Positions 51,001 to 60,717 of a DNA stretch of 64,000 nt are shown here, in pieces; within the stretch, counting starts at the first letter, position 1; every line of letters begins with the position of its first letter. Source of the stretch: an uncultured candidatus Porisulfidus sp. (GTDB taxonomy: Bacteria > Pseudomonadota > Gammaproteobacteria > Poriferisulfidales > Poriferisulfidaceae); the NCBI GenBank assembly GCA_965242985.1, contig OZ251520.1, forward strand, positions 696,163 through 760,162, in the 5' to 3' direction. A program made the translations under genes and the position numbers. Below the pieces are notes generated by a model. It was given only the letters and a program-made list of their open reading frames with translations. It had not been told where the DNA came from and did no database searches.

Positions 51001-51311
51001 GCGGCTTGTGTCCACGACACGACCAGTTGCTGCGTGGCGCTCCTGATTGCGATATCCGTTGGCGCTGCAGGCGCCGGCGCGCCGCCGCTGCCGGGCTCGG
51101 GTTCGATTTCCGGCTGGGGAGTCTTCGGGCGGGGCAGTTCCATGGCGCCGCCGCCGCTGCCCCCGCCGCCGCCGCACGCGGCCAGAACGAGCAGGAACAG
51201 GGTGGCCGCCGCCGGCGACAAGCGGCTCGTCCGGCGAGACGAACGCGGAACAAGGGCGCCGGTCATGAACTGGTCGTCAGCGAGATGCGGCAGAGAGACA
51301 TTGCGCGGCAT
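48045..51311 (-). CDS. Lipoprotein - 2xFN3 - S8 subtilase - beta-barrel-like protein, copy 3
   Basis: AGAGAGG RBS, LAAC lipobox, two FN3 repeats, IAVIG / HET / GTSYAAP, C-terminal region near-identical to copies 1 and 2. Confidence 0.88.
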   Translation of the reverse strand: MPRNVSLPHLADDQFMTGALVPRSSRRTSRLSPAAATLFLLVLAACGGGGGSGGGAMELPRPKTPQPEIEPEPGSGGAPAPAAPTDIAIRSATQQLVVSWTQAAGAVRYRVQWKSGDQTYSADREAVVSSTRHTIPGLTAEQRYTVRVFAVSAAGDSGPPSEEGINIPSAPVASGPPSPQPEPGTQPQPEPEPQPGPQPQPQPQPQPQPQPEPQPQPEPEPQPQQPSPTAPAAPAGVTAAPAVQGLTVSWSAAAGAANYKVQWKSGTQAYGADREAAVAAGTMHTISGLVAGRQYTVRVLAVPAGGGAEAPSSEQTASPTPPTHRASTAVRAWTTRPDGSRYPAETLQPSNPSSAASWRTAEYNAIKPSTCSTCAVALDTINAAAGYAARTMGEPGGGGKTIAVIGQTLDADTNENTGHPDLQGSIIVNGRGITGAHETRVAGVAAARRNGVGMHGVAFNANLVGFSVQQDHRADLGAILASVAGRPQEVGGHTADDSARGSAHVANMSFGARRNTAGTITGMKIAAAAGRIMVASAGNTYNSQPDLYPALAVADEGIAGHAIAVGELNAAGTARSYGGPGNGSSACGAVKAYCLFAPGEFTYTTTGRYFSTTHGYASVAGTSYAAPMVAGAAAVVLAAFPNKNGAQVVERLLTTASQVDAANGNYDAETGLSDIYGHGKLDLGAAMNPVGFTSSALPDGRRAPTRQSFVDLPPGFRLRPSSALADSVVYDTQGFPFLHDLNPAFRAHRAHRSAARAMEEFLASLGGAWTEARLGEDTAVEFASAEKDPHRDLRDEDSELGAYRLRTRLLPNLSLTLGRGFGASGVSNDFVARRLARAPLHDGFAAGPFAALAGAGAELGAVWDLDPRTRLDFAGKDASGYFGGGRARLASFGAARRVGDALTLGARFGLLRERGSLLGARGGGAFGGFADAATDFLELSAERRFGNLTLFGGASRGWTRAAAADASTLVAGWSGLRGEALAFGGEWLDLWRRSDRLTLTASSPFRARGAALQVDVPDREPADGVVAYARHRVSLTPRGRELRLQLAYEAEAAPGAALAVGGYLRLEPEHDPAASPEFGAAAKLRLDF
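50636..50778 (-). repeat. Low-complexity (PQ/PE)n linker
   Basis: Degenerate 6-bp repeats (GGCTGC/GGTTGC/GGTTCC) between the two FN3 domains. Confidence 0.8.
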
Positions 51312-51408
51312 GCAAATGGCCCTCTCTAGGCGGAGTATAGCAACGGCGCCGGGGCCCGGGAGCGGGGCGGCCTAGACGCGCAGCCGCGGGTTCGCCGCCG
51401 CGCCGCGC

Positions 51409-53136
51409 TCAGGCGCGGTTCAGGTTCTCGACCAGGCCGTGGATCTGGTCCGGGTGCTCGCAGTGCAGGATCCGCTCGGCCTGCTCGCGCAGCTCCTCGG
51501 CCGAGGACTCGCGGATGATGCGCTTGATCTCCAGCAGGATGTTCGGGTGGGTGCTGAACTCGCGCAGGCCGAGGCCGACCAGCAACCGGGTCAGGCGCGG
51601 GTTGCTGGCCATCTCGCCGCACAGGCTGACCGGCTTGCCGGCCTTGCGCCCGGCGTGGATGGTGTGGTGGATCAGGAACAGCACCGCCGGGTGCAGCGGG
51701 TCGAACAGGTAGTTGACCTGGTCGTCCACGCGGTCGATGGCGAGGGTGTACTGGATCAGGTCGTTGGTGCCGATCGACAGGAAGTCCAGCTTGCTGGCGA
51801 AGGTGGCGGCCGCCAGCGCCGCCGCCGGCACCTCGATCATGCCGCCGATCTTGATCTCGGGGTCGTACTCCTCGCCGGCGTCGCCCAGCTCCCGCATGCA
51901 CTGCTGGATCAGCTTCCGGCACTGCCGCAGCTCGGAGTCGTTGGTCAGCATCGGCAGCATCATCTGCACCGGGCCGTGCGCCGAGGCGCGCAGGATCGCC
52001 CGCAGCTGCGCCGAGAACTTCTGCTTGTCCTGCAGCGAGCGGCGGATGGCGCGCAGGCCGAGCGCGGGGTTCGGCGCGATCGCGCCCTGGTAGTCCGGGT
52101 CGAATTCCTTGTCGGCGCCGAGGTCCAGGGTGCGGATGGTCAGCGGCTTGCCGTCCAGCGCCGCCACCAGGTCGCGGTACACCTCGTACTGCTCCTCGGC
52201 GCCGGCCTGCGACTCGCGGTTCAGGTAGAAGAACTCGGTGCGGTACAGGCCGACGCCGCTGGCGCGCACCTCGTGCACGCTGGAGACCTCCTCGACCAGG
52301 TCGATGTTGCACTTCAGCGTGATGGCCTCCTCGTCGCGGGTGACGGCCGGCTCGTCGCGCAGCAGCAGCAGGCTCTCCATGTGCTCCTGCTCGCGCCGCT
52401 GGTAGCTGCGGTAGTGGTCGATCAGCCAGTCGCTGCCGGCGCACAGCAGGGTGCCGCCGTGGCCGTCGACCAGCAGGGTCTCATCGTCGCGCAGCAGCTC
52501 CGCCGCGTCGTGGATGCCGACCACCGCCGGGATGTTCAGGCTGCGGGCGAGGATCGCGGTGTGCGACATGGAGCTGCCGAACTGGGTCACGAACGCGGCC
52601 ACGTTCTGGCTCTGGATCACCACCGTGTCGGCCGGGGTCAGGTCGTCGGCCACCACCACGCAGCCGGTCAGGTCGCGGCCCTGCATGGCGGGGGCGTCGT
52701 CGAGCAGGTTCTCCAGCACCTTCTTGATCACGTGCGAGACGTCGTTGCAGCGCGTGCGCAGGTAGGCGTCGTCCATCTTCATGAACTCGTCCACCAGCTG
52801 CACGCGGGTCTGCTCCAGCGCCCACTCGATGTTGCAGCGCTGGCTGCGCACCATCTCGCTCGGCATCTCCGTCAGCAGCGCGTCGTCGAGCATCAGCAGG
52901 TGGGCGTCGAGGAAGCTCTGCACCTCCTGGCTCATGGTCTCCGGCACCAGGCCGCGCACCTCGGTCAGCTGCGTCCGCGCCTGCTCGATCGCCTCGCCCA
53001 GGCGCGCCAGCTCCGGCTCGACCTGCTCCGGCGCCAGCTCGCGCTTGGCGATGTTGCCGCCGCTGCGCTTGAGCATGTGCACCCGGCCCTGGGCGGTGCC
53101 CCGGGAGACGCCGATGCCGTTGATGATCATGGGCAT
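51409..53136 (-). CDS. ptsI: PTS Enzyme I
   Basis: SHTAILAR phospho-His, GLYRTEF, IRTLDLGADK, MIEVP, SIGTNDL, CGE. Confidence 0.96.
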   Translation of the reverse strand: MPMIINGIGVSRGTAQGRVHMLKRSGGNIAKRELAPEQVEPELARLGEAIEQARTQLTEVRGLVPETMSQEVQSFLDAHLLMLDDALLTEMPSEMVRSQRCNIEWALEQTRVQLVDEFMKMDDAYLRTRCNDVSHVIKKVLENLLDDAPAMQGRDLTGCVVVADDLTPADTVVIQSQNVAAFVTQFGSSMSHTAILARSLNIPAVVGIHDAAELLRDDETLLVDGHGGTLLCAGSDWLIDHYRSYQRREQEHMESLLLLRDEPAVTRDEEAITLKCNIDLVEEVSSVHEVRASGVGLYRTEFFYLNRESQAGAEEQYEVYRDLVAALDGKPLTIRTLDLGADKEFDPDYQGAIAPNPALGLRAIRRSLQDKQKFSAQLRAILRASAHGPVQMMLPMLTNDSELRQCRKLIQQCMRELGDAGEEYDPEIKIGGMIEVPAAALAAATFASKLDFLSIGTNDLIQYTLAIDRVDDQVNYLFDPLHPAVLFLIHHTIHAGRKAGKPVSLCGEMASNPRLTRLLVGLGLREFSTHPNILLEIKRIIRESSAEELREQAERILHCEHPDQIHGLVENLNRA

Positions 53137-53408
53137 GGTTCGGCGCCCTCCCCGAAGCCCCCGGCGAACAGGTCCAGCAGCGCCTGCATGGCCTGCTCCT
53201 CGTCGTCGCCGTCGGCGAACAGCCGCACCTGCGTGCAGTGCGAGGCGGCCAGCATCATCACGCTCATGATGCTCTTGGCGTTGGCCCGCTTGCCCTCCTT
53301 CTCGATCTCCAGCTGGGCGCGGAACCCGCTCGCGGTGCCGACCAGCTTGGCGGCGGCGCGGGCGTGGATGCCGAGCTTGTTGACCACGGTCGCGGATTTT
53401 TCGATCAT
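53127..53408 (-). CDS. ptsH: HPr/NPr phosphocarrier
   Basis: NKLGIHARAA, NAKSIM. Confidence 0.92.
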   Translation of the reverse strand: MIEKSATVVNKLGIHARAAAKLVGTASGFRAQLEIEKEGKRANAKSIMSVMMLAASHCTQVRLFADGDDEEQAMQALLDLFAGGFGEGAEPCP

Positions 53409-53410
53409 AC

Positions 53411-53806
53411 TCAGTCTCCGGCTTCTGCGAGGATGCCCATGCGGGCGTTCAGCGCGATGCTGTCGGCCAGCTGGGCGTGGTTCTGCCGTTCGACGCTGAA
53501 CAGCTTGAGCGCCATCGGCAGGTTCAGGCCCGACACCAGGCTGGCCGGCGCCGGGCCGTCCAGCAGCCGCTTGGCGATGTTGTGCGGCGTCGCGCCGCAC
53601 AGGTCGGTGATGATCAGCAGGCCGCCGCCGCAGTCGAGGCCGTCGCGCAGCGCGCACAGCTCGGCGTAGGCGGCCTCCGGGTCGTAGTCGGTGGCCATGG
53701 CGTAGCAGGCGAGGTTGTCCGGCTCGGCGGCGAAGATCTGCGCCGCGGCGTCGATCAGCGCGCCGCCGATCGGGCCGTGCGTGACCACCAGCACGCCGAC
53801 GGTCAC
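53411..53806 (-). CDS. PTS EIIA, mannose/fructose family
   Basis: VVTHG, TDL.GATP.N, GLNLPM. Confidence 0.88.
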   Translation of the reverse strand: MTVGVLVVTHGPIGGALIDAAAQIFAAEPDNLACYAMATDYDPEAAYAELCALRDGLDCGGGLLIITDLCGATPHNIAKRLLDGPAPASLVSGLNLPMALKLFSVERQNHAQLADSIALNARMGILAEAGD

Positions 53807-54672
53807 GGCCGCGCCTCCTCCAGGTCGCGGTGGCGCACGGTGACCGCCAATTGCCGGTCGTCCGCCAGCGCCGCCGCCAGCTGCTCGGCCAGGTACACCG
53901 AGCGGTGCTGGCCGCCGGTGCAGCCGATCGAGATGTTCAGGTAGTGGCGGCTGGCGGCGAGGAAGTCCGGCAGCCAGCGGCGCAGGAAGCCGAGCAGCTC
54001 GTCGCGCATCCGCCGGCTCGCCGGCTGCGCGTCCAGGTATTCGCCGACCGCCGGGTCGGTGCCCTTGCGCGCGCGCAGCTCCGGCACCCAGTGCGGGTTC
54101 GGCAGGCAGCGCGAATCGAACACGAAGTCGGAATCGTTGGGCACGCCGCGGCGGTAGGCGAAGGACTGCAGCAGCACCGACAGCGGCCGCCGCGCGCGCG
54201 CCAGGCGGTCGCGCACCAGCGCCCGCAGCTGGTGGACGTTGGTGCCGGTGGTGTCGAGGCGCAGGTCGGCGCGCTCGGCGAGCGCCGCCAGCGTCCGGCG
54301 CTCCTGCGCCACCGCCTCGCGCAGGGTCGGCGCGCGGTCGGCCAGCGGGTGGCGGCGGCGGGTGTCGCTGTAGCGGCGCAGCAGGACCTCGTCGTCGGCG
54401 TCGAGGAACGCCAGCGTCACCTCGCAGGGCAGGGCGCGCGCCTGCTCCAGCAGCTCCGGGAAGCCGGCCAGATCTTCCGTCCCGGCGCGCGCGTCGATGC
54501 CGATCGCGGCCTGCTCGGCGCGCGGCGCGCCCGGGCGCAGCAGCCAGCGCACGTAGTCCAGCAGCAGCGGCGGCGGGATGTTGTCCACGCAGCGCGCGCC
54601 GCAGTCCTCCAGCGTGTCGAGGGCCACCGACTTGCCGGAGCCGGACAGGCCGCTGACGATGACGATCTGCAT
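53803..54672 (-). CDS. rapZ: RNase adapter RapZ
   Basis: SGLSGSGKS, TRRRHPL, LPNPHW, GCTGGQHRSV. Confidence 0.95.
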   Translation of the reverse strand: MQIVIVSGLSGSGKSVALDTLEDCGARCVDNIPPPLLLDYVRWLLRPGAPRAEQAAIGIDARAGTEDLAGFPELLEQARALPCEVTLAFLDADDEVLLRRYSDTRRRHPLADRAPTLREAVAQERRTLAALAERADLRLDTTGTNVHQLRALVRDRLARARRPLSVLLQSFAYRRGVPNDSDFVFDSRCLPNPHWVPELRARKGTDPAVGEYLDAQPASRRMRDELLGFLRRWLPDFLAASRHYLNISIGCTGGQHRSVYLAEQLAAALADDRQLAVTVRHRDLEEARP

Positions 54673-55121
54673 CAGGCCGCCGCCAGCGCGCGCAGCAGCG
54701 CGGCCGGGTCGCGGCCGCCGCGCAGCCGCCGGACCACGTCCGGCGCGTCCAGCAGGCGGGCCAGCTCCGCCATGTAGCCCAGGTGCGTCTCGCCGGCGTC
54801 CTCGGGCACCGCCAGGGCGAAGAACACGTCGACCGCGCGCTCGTCGTCGGCGCCGAACTCGACGCCGTCTTGCAGCGTCAGCAGCGCGGCGGCGCTGCGC
54901 CCGCCCGCCGGCACCCGGCAGTGGGGGATGGCCAGGCCGCCGCCGAGCGCGGTGCTGCCCAGGCGCTCGCGCGCGCCGAGCAGCTCCAGCAGGGCGCGCG
55001 CCTCGCCGGCGCCGCCGCCGGCGAGCGCCCCGCTCAGCGCCTCCAGCACCCGCTTCTTGCTGCCGAGCGGCTGGTGAAGCAGGACGTTGTCGGGGCGCAG
55101 CAGTTCCAGGATGCCCGGCAT
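54672..55121 (-). CDS. ptsN: PTS EIIA-Ntr
   Basis: SKKR.LE, RERLGST, AIPHCR. Confidence 0.9.
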   Translation of the reverse strand: MPGILELLRPDNVLLHQPLGSKKRVLEALSGALAGGGAGEARALLELLGARERLGSTALGGGLAIPHCRVPAGGRSAAALLTLQDGVEFGADDERAVDVFFALAVPEDAGETHLGYMAELARLLDAPDVVRRLRGGRDPAALLRALAAA

Positions 55122-55129
55122 GGCGGCGG

Positions 55130-55450
55130 TCAGTTCAGCTGGTGGTGGGTGACCTGCGCCTGGTGGTGGTCCTTGCGTTTTTCCTTGTGCTTCAGGATCT
55201 GCCGGTCGAGCTTGTCGGCCAGCAGGTCGATCGCCGCGTACATGTCGGCGCCCTCGGCGCCGGCGTGCAGCCGGTTGCCGCGCACCTGCAGGGTGGCCTC
55301 GGCGCGGTGCGCGCCGTGCTCGACCGCCAGCGTCACCTGGGCGTCGAGCACGTGGTCGAAATGCCGCCGCAGGCGCTCGAGGCGCTGCGCGACGTGCTGG
55401 CGCAGGGACGGGGTGATCTCCAGGTGGTGGCCGGTGAGCTTGAGATTCAT
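55130..55450 (-). CDS. hpf: Ribosome hibernation promoting factor
   Basis: LTGHHLEITPSLR, DMYAAID.L.DKLDRQ. Confidence 0.95.
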   Translation of the reverse strand: MNLKLTGHHLEITPSLRQHVAQRLERLRRHFDHVLDAQVTLAVEHGAHRAEATLQVRGNRLHAGAEGADMYAAIDLLADKLDRQILKHKEKRKDHHQAQVTHHQLN

Positions 55451-55499
55451 AGGCGGGCGGCGCGCCGGGCGCGGTTCGCCCGGCGATTATACAAGGCGG

Positions 55500-56222
<723 letters not shown>

Positions 56223-56226
56223 CGGC

Positions 56227-57291
56227 TCAGTCCCCGCCGCGCGGCCGCAGCCGCAGCCGCACGCGTTCGTCGCCGCCCGCCGCCGGCGCGGTCTCGACGC
56301 GCTCTTCGTCGAGCAGGTACACCAGCCGCGCGCCGCGGAACTCGTGGCCGCCGCTGTCGAGCCGCACCCGGCGCTCCAGCACCGCGCGCCGCTCCTGCGG
56401 CAGGTAGCGGATGCTGTCCGCCTCGGCCTGCAGCGCCTGGCCCGAGGCCAGCGTCTGCCGCCAGCGGCCGCGGCCCTCGGCGTGCAGTTCGCGCACCGCG
56501 TCGGCCTCGTCCAGGCGCACGGTGAGCCGGTCCGCGCTCAGCCGCAGGCTGCCCTGGGCGGCGCGCACCCGGCCGCGGTAGACCGCGGTCCGGCGGGCGC
56601 GGTCCCACTCCACCCGGTCGGCGCTCAGGTCCAGCGGCGCCTCCGCGTCGGGCACCGCGGGCGCCTCGCCGGCGGCCCGGGCCGCGGCCAGCGGGAACGA
56701 CAGGATGCGCGCCAGGAGCGCCCGGTAGTCGGAGCCGCCCGGGCGCGGATAGCGGCGGCTGCGCACCGCGCTCTCGAGCCGCCCGGAGCCCGCGGCCAGG
56801 TCGTAGTCGAGGCCGGTGCCGCGCAGCACCGCGCCGGCGTCGCCGAGCGCCACCGGGCGCGCGGTGCGCAGCCGCTCGGCGCGCATGTCCAAGGTCAGGT
56901 CCGGGCTGCGGATCAGCGCCGGCGCCCGCTCCGGCGCGACCAGCAGGATCTCCACCGCCTCCTGCAGCCGGATCTCCGGCTCCTGGATCTCGCCGCGGCG
57001 GGCGGTGGCCCAGGAATCGCGGAAGCCGGGCCGCAGCCAGCGCAGCTGCGGGCGCGTCAGCCGCACGCGGCGGCTGCCGAGGTACTGGTCGAGCTCGCCG
57101 GCGCGGATCTCGTACTGCAGCCGGCCCTCGGGGCCGCGCACCCGGTAGCGCACCCGCTCGTAGCTGCTGTCGGCGTCGACCCGGCCGACCGGCGCCGGCG
57201 CGGCCTCGCCGCCGCCGCCGCCGCGCAGGAGCAGCAGCAGCGCCGCGCTGGCCGCGAGCAGGAGCAGCAGCAGCGCGCGCGGGCTCAGCAT
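56227..57291 (-). CDS. Apparent LptC-LptA fusion protein
   Basis: One ORF between kdsC and lptB: TM anchor plus LptC-like domain, then LptA-like domain (PLDLSAD, YRG.V...QG..LSAD.L, RVRL.L.P). Confidence 0.8.
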   Translation of the reverse strand: MLSPRALLLLLLAASAALLLLLRGGGGGEAAPAPVGRVDADSSYERVRYRVRGPEGRLQYEIRAGELDQYLGSRRVRLTRPQLRWLRPGFRDSWATARRGEIQEPEIRLQEAVEILLVAPERAPALIRSPDLTLDMRAERLRTARPVALGDAGAVLRGTGLDYDLAAGSGRLESAVRSRRYPRPGGSDYRALLARILSFPLAAARAAGEAPAVPDAEAPLDLSADRVEWDRARRTAVYRGRVRAAQGSLRLSADRLTVRLDEADAVRELHAEGRGRWRQTLASGQALQAEADSIRYLPQERRAVLERRVRLDSGGHEFRGARLVYLLDEERVETAPAAGGDERVRLRLRPRGGD

Positions 57292-57758
57292 GCGCCCAGG
57301 ATCCAGTCGCAGACGTCGCGCACCGCGCCGCGGCCGCCGGCGCAGGGGGTGGTCCAGTCGGCGGCCGCCCGGGCCGGGGCGCGGGCGTCGGCCGGCGCCA
57401 CGCCGAGGCCGGCGGCGCGCAGCAGCGGCGCGTCGCCGGCGTCGTCGCCGACGCACACCGTCTGCTCCCAGCCGACCCCCAGCCGGGCCAGCACCGCCTC
57501 GGCGGCCGCGAACTTGTCGGCGCAGCCGAACGCCATCTCGGCCACGCCCAGCTCGCGCAGCCGCGCCTCGGCCGCGCCGCCGGCGCGCGCGCTCAGCACC
57601 GCGACCTGCACGCCGGCCGCCAGCAGCGCGACCAGCCCCTGGCCGTCGTGGACGTGGAAGCTGCGCGCCTCGGCGCCGTCCGCGGCCAGCAGCAGGCGGC
57701 CGTCGGTCAGCACGCCGTCGACGTCCAGCAGCAGCAGGCGGACGTCGCGCGGGCTCAT
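57285..57758 (-). CDS. kdsC: KDO 8-phosphate phosphatase
   Basis: DVDGVLTDG, F.V.DG.G, VGDD, GG.GAVR. Confidence 0.93.
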   Translation of the reverse strand: MSPRDVRLLLLDVDGVLTDGRLLLAADGAEARSFHVHDGQGLVALLAAGVQVAVLSARAGGAAEARLRELGVAEMAFGCADKFAAAEAVLARLGVGWEQTVCVGDDAGDAPLLRAAGLGVAPADARAPARAAADWTTPCAGGRGAVRDVCDWILGAC

Positions 57759-58765
57759 CGGATGCCGGCCGCGATCAGGTCGTGCATGTTGAGCGCGCCG
57801 GCCAGCGCGCCGCCGCGCAGCACCGGCACCGCGGTGACGCGCCGGTCGCGCATGCGCAGCAGCACGTCGACCGCCAGCTCGTCGGCGTCGACGCTCAGGA
57901 ATTCGCGCGTCATCACGCCGTCGATCGCGGTGGCGTGGACGTCCACCGCCTCGGCCAGGCAGCGGCGCAGGTCGCCGTCGGTGAACACGCCGGCCAGCGC
58001 GCCGCCGGCGTCCAGCACGGTGGTCATGCCGAGGCCCTTCTCGGAGATCTCCGGCAGCGCGTCGCGCAGCAGGGTGCCGAGCGCCACCCGCGGCGTGCGC
58101 TCGAGGCCGCGCATCAGGTCGCCGGCGGTGGTCAGCAGGCGGCGCCCGAGGTCGCCGCCCGGATGGCTGCGCGCGAAGTCCTCGGCGCGGAAGCCGCGCA
58201 TGTGCATCAGGGCGACCGCCAGCGCGTCGCCGAGCGCCAGCGCGGCGGTGGTGCTGGCGGTGGGGGCGAGGTTGAGCGGGCAGGCCTCGCGCGCCACGGC
58301 CGCGTCCAGGCACAGGTCGGCGCGGCGCGCCAGGGTGGACTCGGGGTTGCCGGTGAGCGCGATCAGCGGGATCTTGAGCCGGCGCAGCTGCGGGATCAGC
58401 TCCAGCAGTTCCGGCGTCTCGCCGGAGTTCGACAGCGCCAGCGCCGCGTCGCCCGGCGCGAGCATGCCGAGGTCGCCGTGGCCGGCCTCCGCCGGGTGCA
58501 CGAAGAAGGCCAGGGTGCCGGTGCTGGCGAAAGTGGCGGCGAGCTTCTGCGCCACGTGCCCGGACTTGCCCATGCCGAGCACCGCCACCCGCCCTTCGCA
58601 GCCGGCCAGCAGCCGGCAGCAGGCGGCGAAGCTGTCGTCCAGGCGCTCGGCCAGGGCGGCGACCGCGTCGGCCTCGGTGCGCAGCACCTCGCGCGCGGCG
58701 TCGAGCAGTTCGGCGGAGTCGGTCACGGGCGGGGCGGCGGCATCGGGCGGGGCGGCGGCACTCAT
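57755..58765 (-). CDS. kdsD: Arabinose 5-phosphate isomerase
   Basis: GMGKSG, HGDLG, SNSGET, APTAST, HPGG, CBS pair. Confidence 0.95.
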   Translation of the reverse strand: MSAAAPPDAAAPPVTDSAELLDAAREVLRTEADAVAALAERLDDSFAACCRLLAGCEGRVAVLGMGKSGHVAQKLAATFASTGTLAFFVHPAEAGHGDLGMLAPGDAALALSNSGETPELLELIPQLRRLKIPLIALTGNPESTLARRADLCLDAAVAREACPLNLAPTASTTAALALGDALAVALMHMRGFRAEDFARSHPGGDLGRRLLTTAGDLMRGLERTPRVALGTLLRDALPEISEKGLGMTTVLDAGGALAGVFTDGDLRRCLAEAVDVHATAIDGVMTREFLSVDADELAVDVLLRMRDRRVTAVPVLRGGALAGALNMHDLIAAGIR

Positions 58766-59088
58766 CTCGGCGCGGGCGGGGACGCGGCCGGAAACAGCAA
58801 GAGCAATAGCGTCAAAAACAATTACTTAGAGAGAATATTTAGGATGGTTCTCAATGCGGGAACCCGCGCCGGCCGGCACGGCATGCCTATTCTACTCATT
58901 CGCCGCAGGCGCATGGCGCGCAGGTCTTCGCCGGGCCGGGACTTCGCGCCGGGGCTGCTTTCGCGGCTTCCCTTGGCAGGCAGAATTGCAGTCGGGAAGT
59001 CCGCGGCTTTGCTTAGTAAAGCGCGAACCTCGCTCGCCATTTTGCAGTTGTTTTCTGGCGCACGGTCAAACTAGCGCATCTTCCGAGT

Positions 59089-60570
59089 TCATATCAAAGT
59101 CTGCGCGTCATCGTTGAACAGATCTTTCTTCAGCCGAGCGTCTTTGCGGAATTTCAACGGCGGCAATTTCGGCTTTTCGTTGTTCAGCAGCTGCTCGATG
59201 CTGAATCCCTGGATCACCGGATATTCCCCGGTGCCGTCTTCGAAGGTCTTTTTGATCCGGTTGTTCTCGACCGTTTTCATGTGCTTCTCGAAGCACACGA
59301 AAATGCCGGCGGTCGCGTCGTATCTTTCCATCGTGGCGTAGAGCGCCCGGACCGAATCGGCGGTCACCCGGCCGCCTTTCACCTGCACGATCGCGTACGT
59401 CTTCCGGACTTTCTCCTCGAGGCCGGTGAAGAGGCCGAATTCAATGATCCCGTCCACGCCGCCGTCCGGCCCTTTGTCGCCCGGGTCGTGGAACATGCCG
59501 TGCGCTCCGATGGCGCCGCACACCCACTTCTCGAACTCGAATTTGTCTTTCTTGGCAAGCGCTTTGGCCGCCGCGACGTCGTAGGGGATGCCGTGACTGG
59601 TGATGTCTTCCAGCGTCAGTTTCGGGATATTATTCGCGAGCCTCTCGCGGATCAGCCCGACGGCGAAATTGGAGATGTCGATGCCGATCCAATTGCGCTT
59701 CAATGCTTCCGCCGCATGCACCGTGGTGCCGCAGCCGCAAAACGGATCCAGCACCAGATCCCCCTCGTCGGAGGACGCCCGGATGATGCGCTCCAGCAGA
59801 GCGAGCGGCTTCTGAGTGGGATAGCCGAGCTTCTCTGTCGAGAAGCTTTTGATCATGATGGAGTCCAGAACGTCGCCCGAATGGCAATTCCACGAGTCCT
59901 CGAGCGGGAAGCCTTTCCCTGTGGGCGGCTTGCCGTCCCTCCGCACGTATCCTTCCGGATACGCGAGGTACTCCTTGTTGAATTTCGCCACGGCTTTTTG
60001 CGTCTTGATGTAATACAGGATTATGTCGTGATTTCTGATCCAGCCTTTCTTCTGGGTCTTGTATCCGCTGACCCATCCGATCCTCCACAGGATTTCATTC
60101 CTGAAATTCCTTTCTCCGAAGATGAAGTCCATCGTCAGTTTCAGGTAATGGCCGGCTGCGGGGTCGCAATGCAGATAGATGGACCCGGTGTCTTTCAGGA
60201 TGCGCTTCATCGGCAGCAGGCGCACGGCCATGTTGATGAGGTACGCGGAAAGGCTCACGCCCCGCGGTCCTTCGTTTTTGCGTATCAAATCGACGAACTC
60301 GGCCAATTTCTTCCGCGTGCTGTACAGGCTGCTGTCGTGCAGTTCTTCCAGATGCTCATCCTGCTGCTTGCCCCATCGCCATGTGTCGGTGAACGCCTCC
60401 ACCGGCTTCGCGTTCTTGTACTTCCCCTTGAAGGGCAGGTTGTAGTCGCTTTTCGAGTTGAATGGCGGGTCCAAGTAAATGAGATCGACGCTCTCGGACG
60501 GCAATACGGCCTCGTCCGTCAACACGTCCAGACAATCATCCGCGTAAAGAATTCTGTTTCCGATGCTCAC
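59089..60570 (-). CDS. Beta-class N4/N6 DNA methyltransferase fused to an Mrr-like PD-(D/E)xK nuclease domain
   Basis: YLDPPF, YPTQKP, LDPFCGCGT; C-terminal FE.W..DGGVDG..VQVK; lower GC than flanks. Confidence 0.85.
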   Translation of the reverse strand: MSIGNRILYADDCLDVLTDEAVLPSESVDLIYLDPPFNSKSDYNLPFKGKYKNAKPVEAFTDTWRWGKQQDEHLEELHDSSLYSTRKKLAEFVDLIRKNEGPRGVSLSAYLINMAVRLLPMKRILKDTGSIYLHCDPAAGHYLKLTMDFIFGERNFRNEILWRIGWVSGYKTQKKGWIRNHDIILYYIKTQKAVAKFNKEYLAYPEGYVRRDGKPPTGKGFPLEDSWNCHSGDVLDSIMIKSFSTEKLGYPTQKPLALLERIIRASSDEGDLVLDPFCGCGTTVHAAEALKRNWIGIDISNFAVGLIRERLANNIPKLTLEDITSHGIPYDVAAAKALAKKDKFEFEKWVCGAIGAHGMFHDPGDKGPDGGVDGIIEFGLFTGLEEKVRKTYAIVQVKGGRVTADSVRALYATMERYDATAGIFVCFEKHMKTVENNRIKKTFEDGTGEYPVIQGFSIEQLLNNEKPKLPPLKFRKDARLKKDLFNDDAQTLI

Positions 60571-60717
60571 GACGCAAATTCCTCGGAAGTGATGCTCTTT
60601 TCCGGCGCGGCGCGGGATAAAGTTGCGGATGCGGCGCCATTATAAGCCCGCGCCGACCGCCGCTTGCCGCGAAAGCGGGGCGGCGGCTGGCGGACCGCCT
60701 TTGCGGGATGCCCGCGC

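Noticed and set aside
58766-59088. Small ORFs or ncRNA between kdsD and the methyltransferase
   Set aside because: No recognisable protein motif or RNA family; only a weak IHF-like AT stretch near 58815, too little to call.
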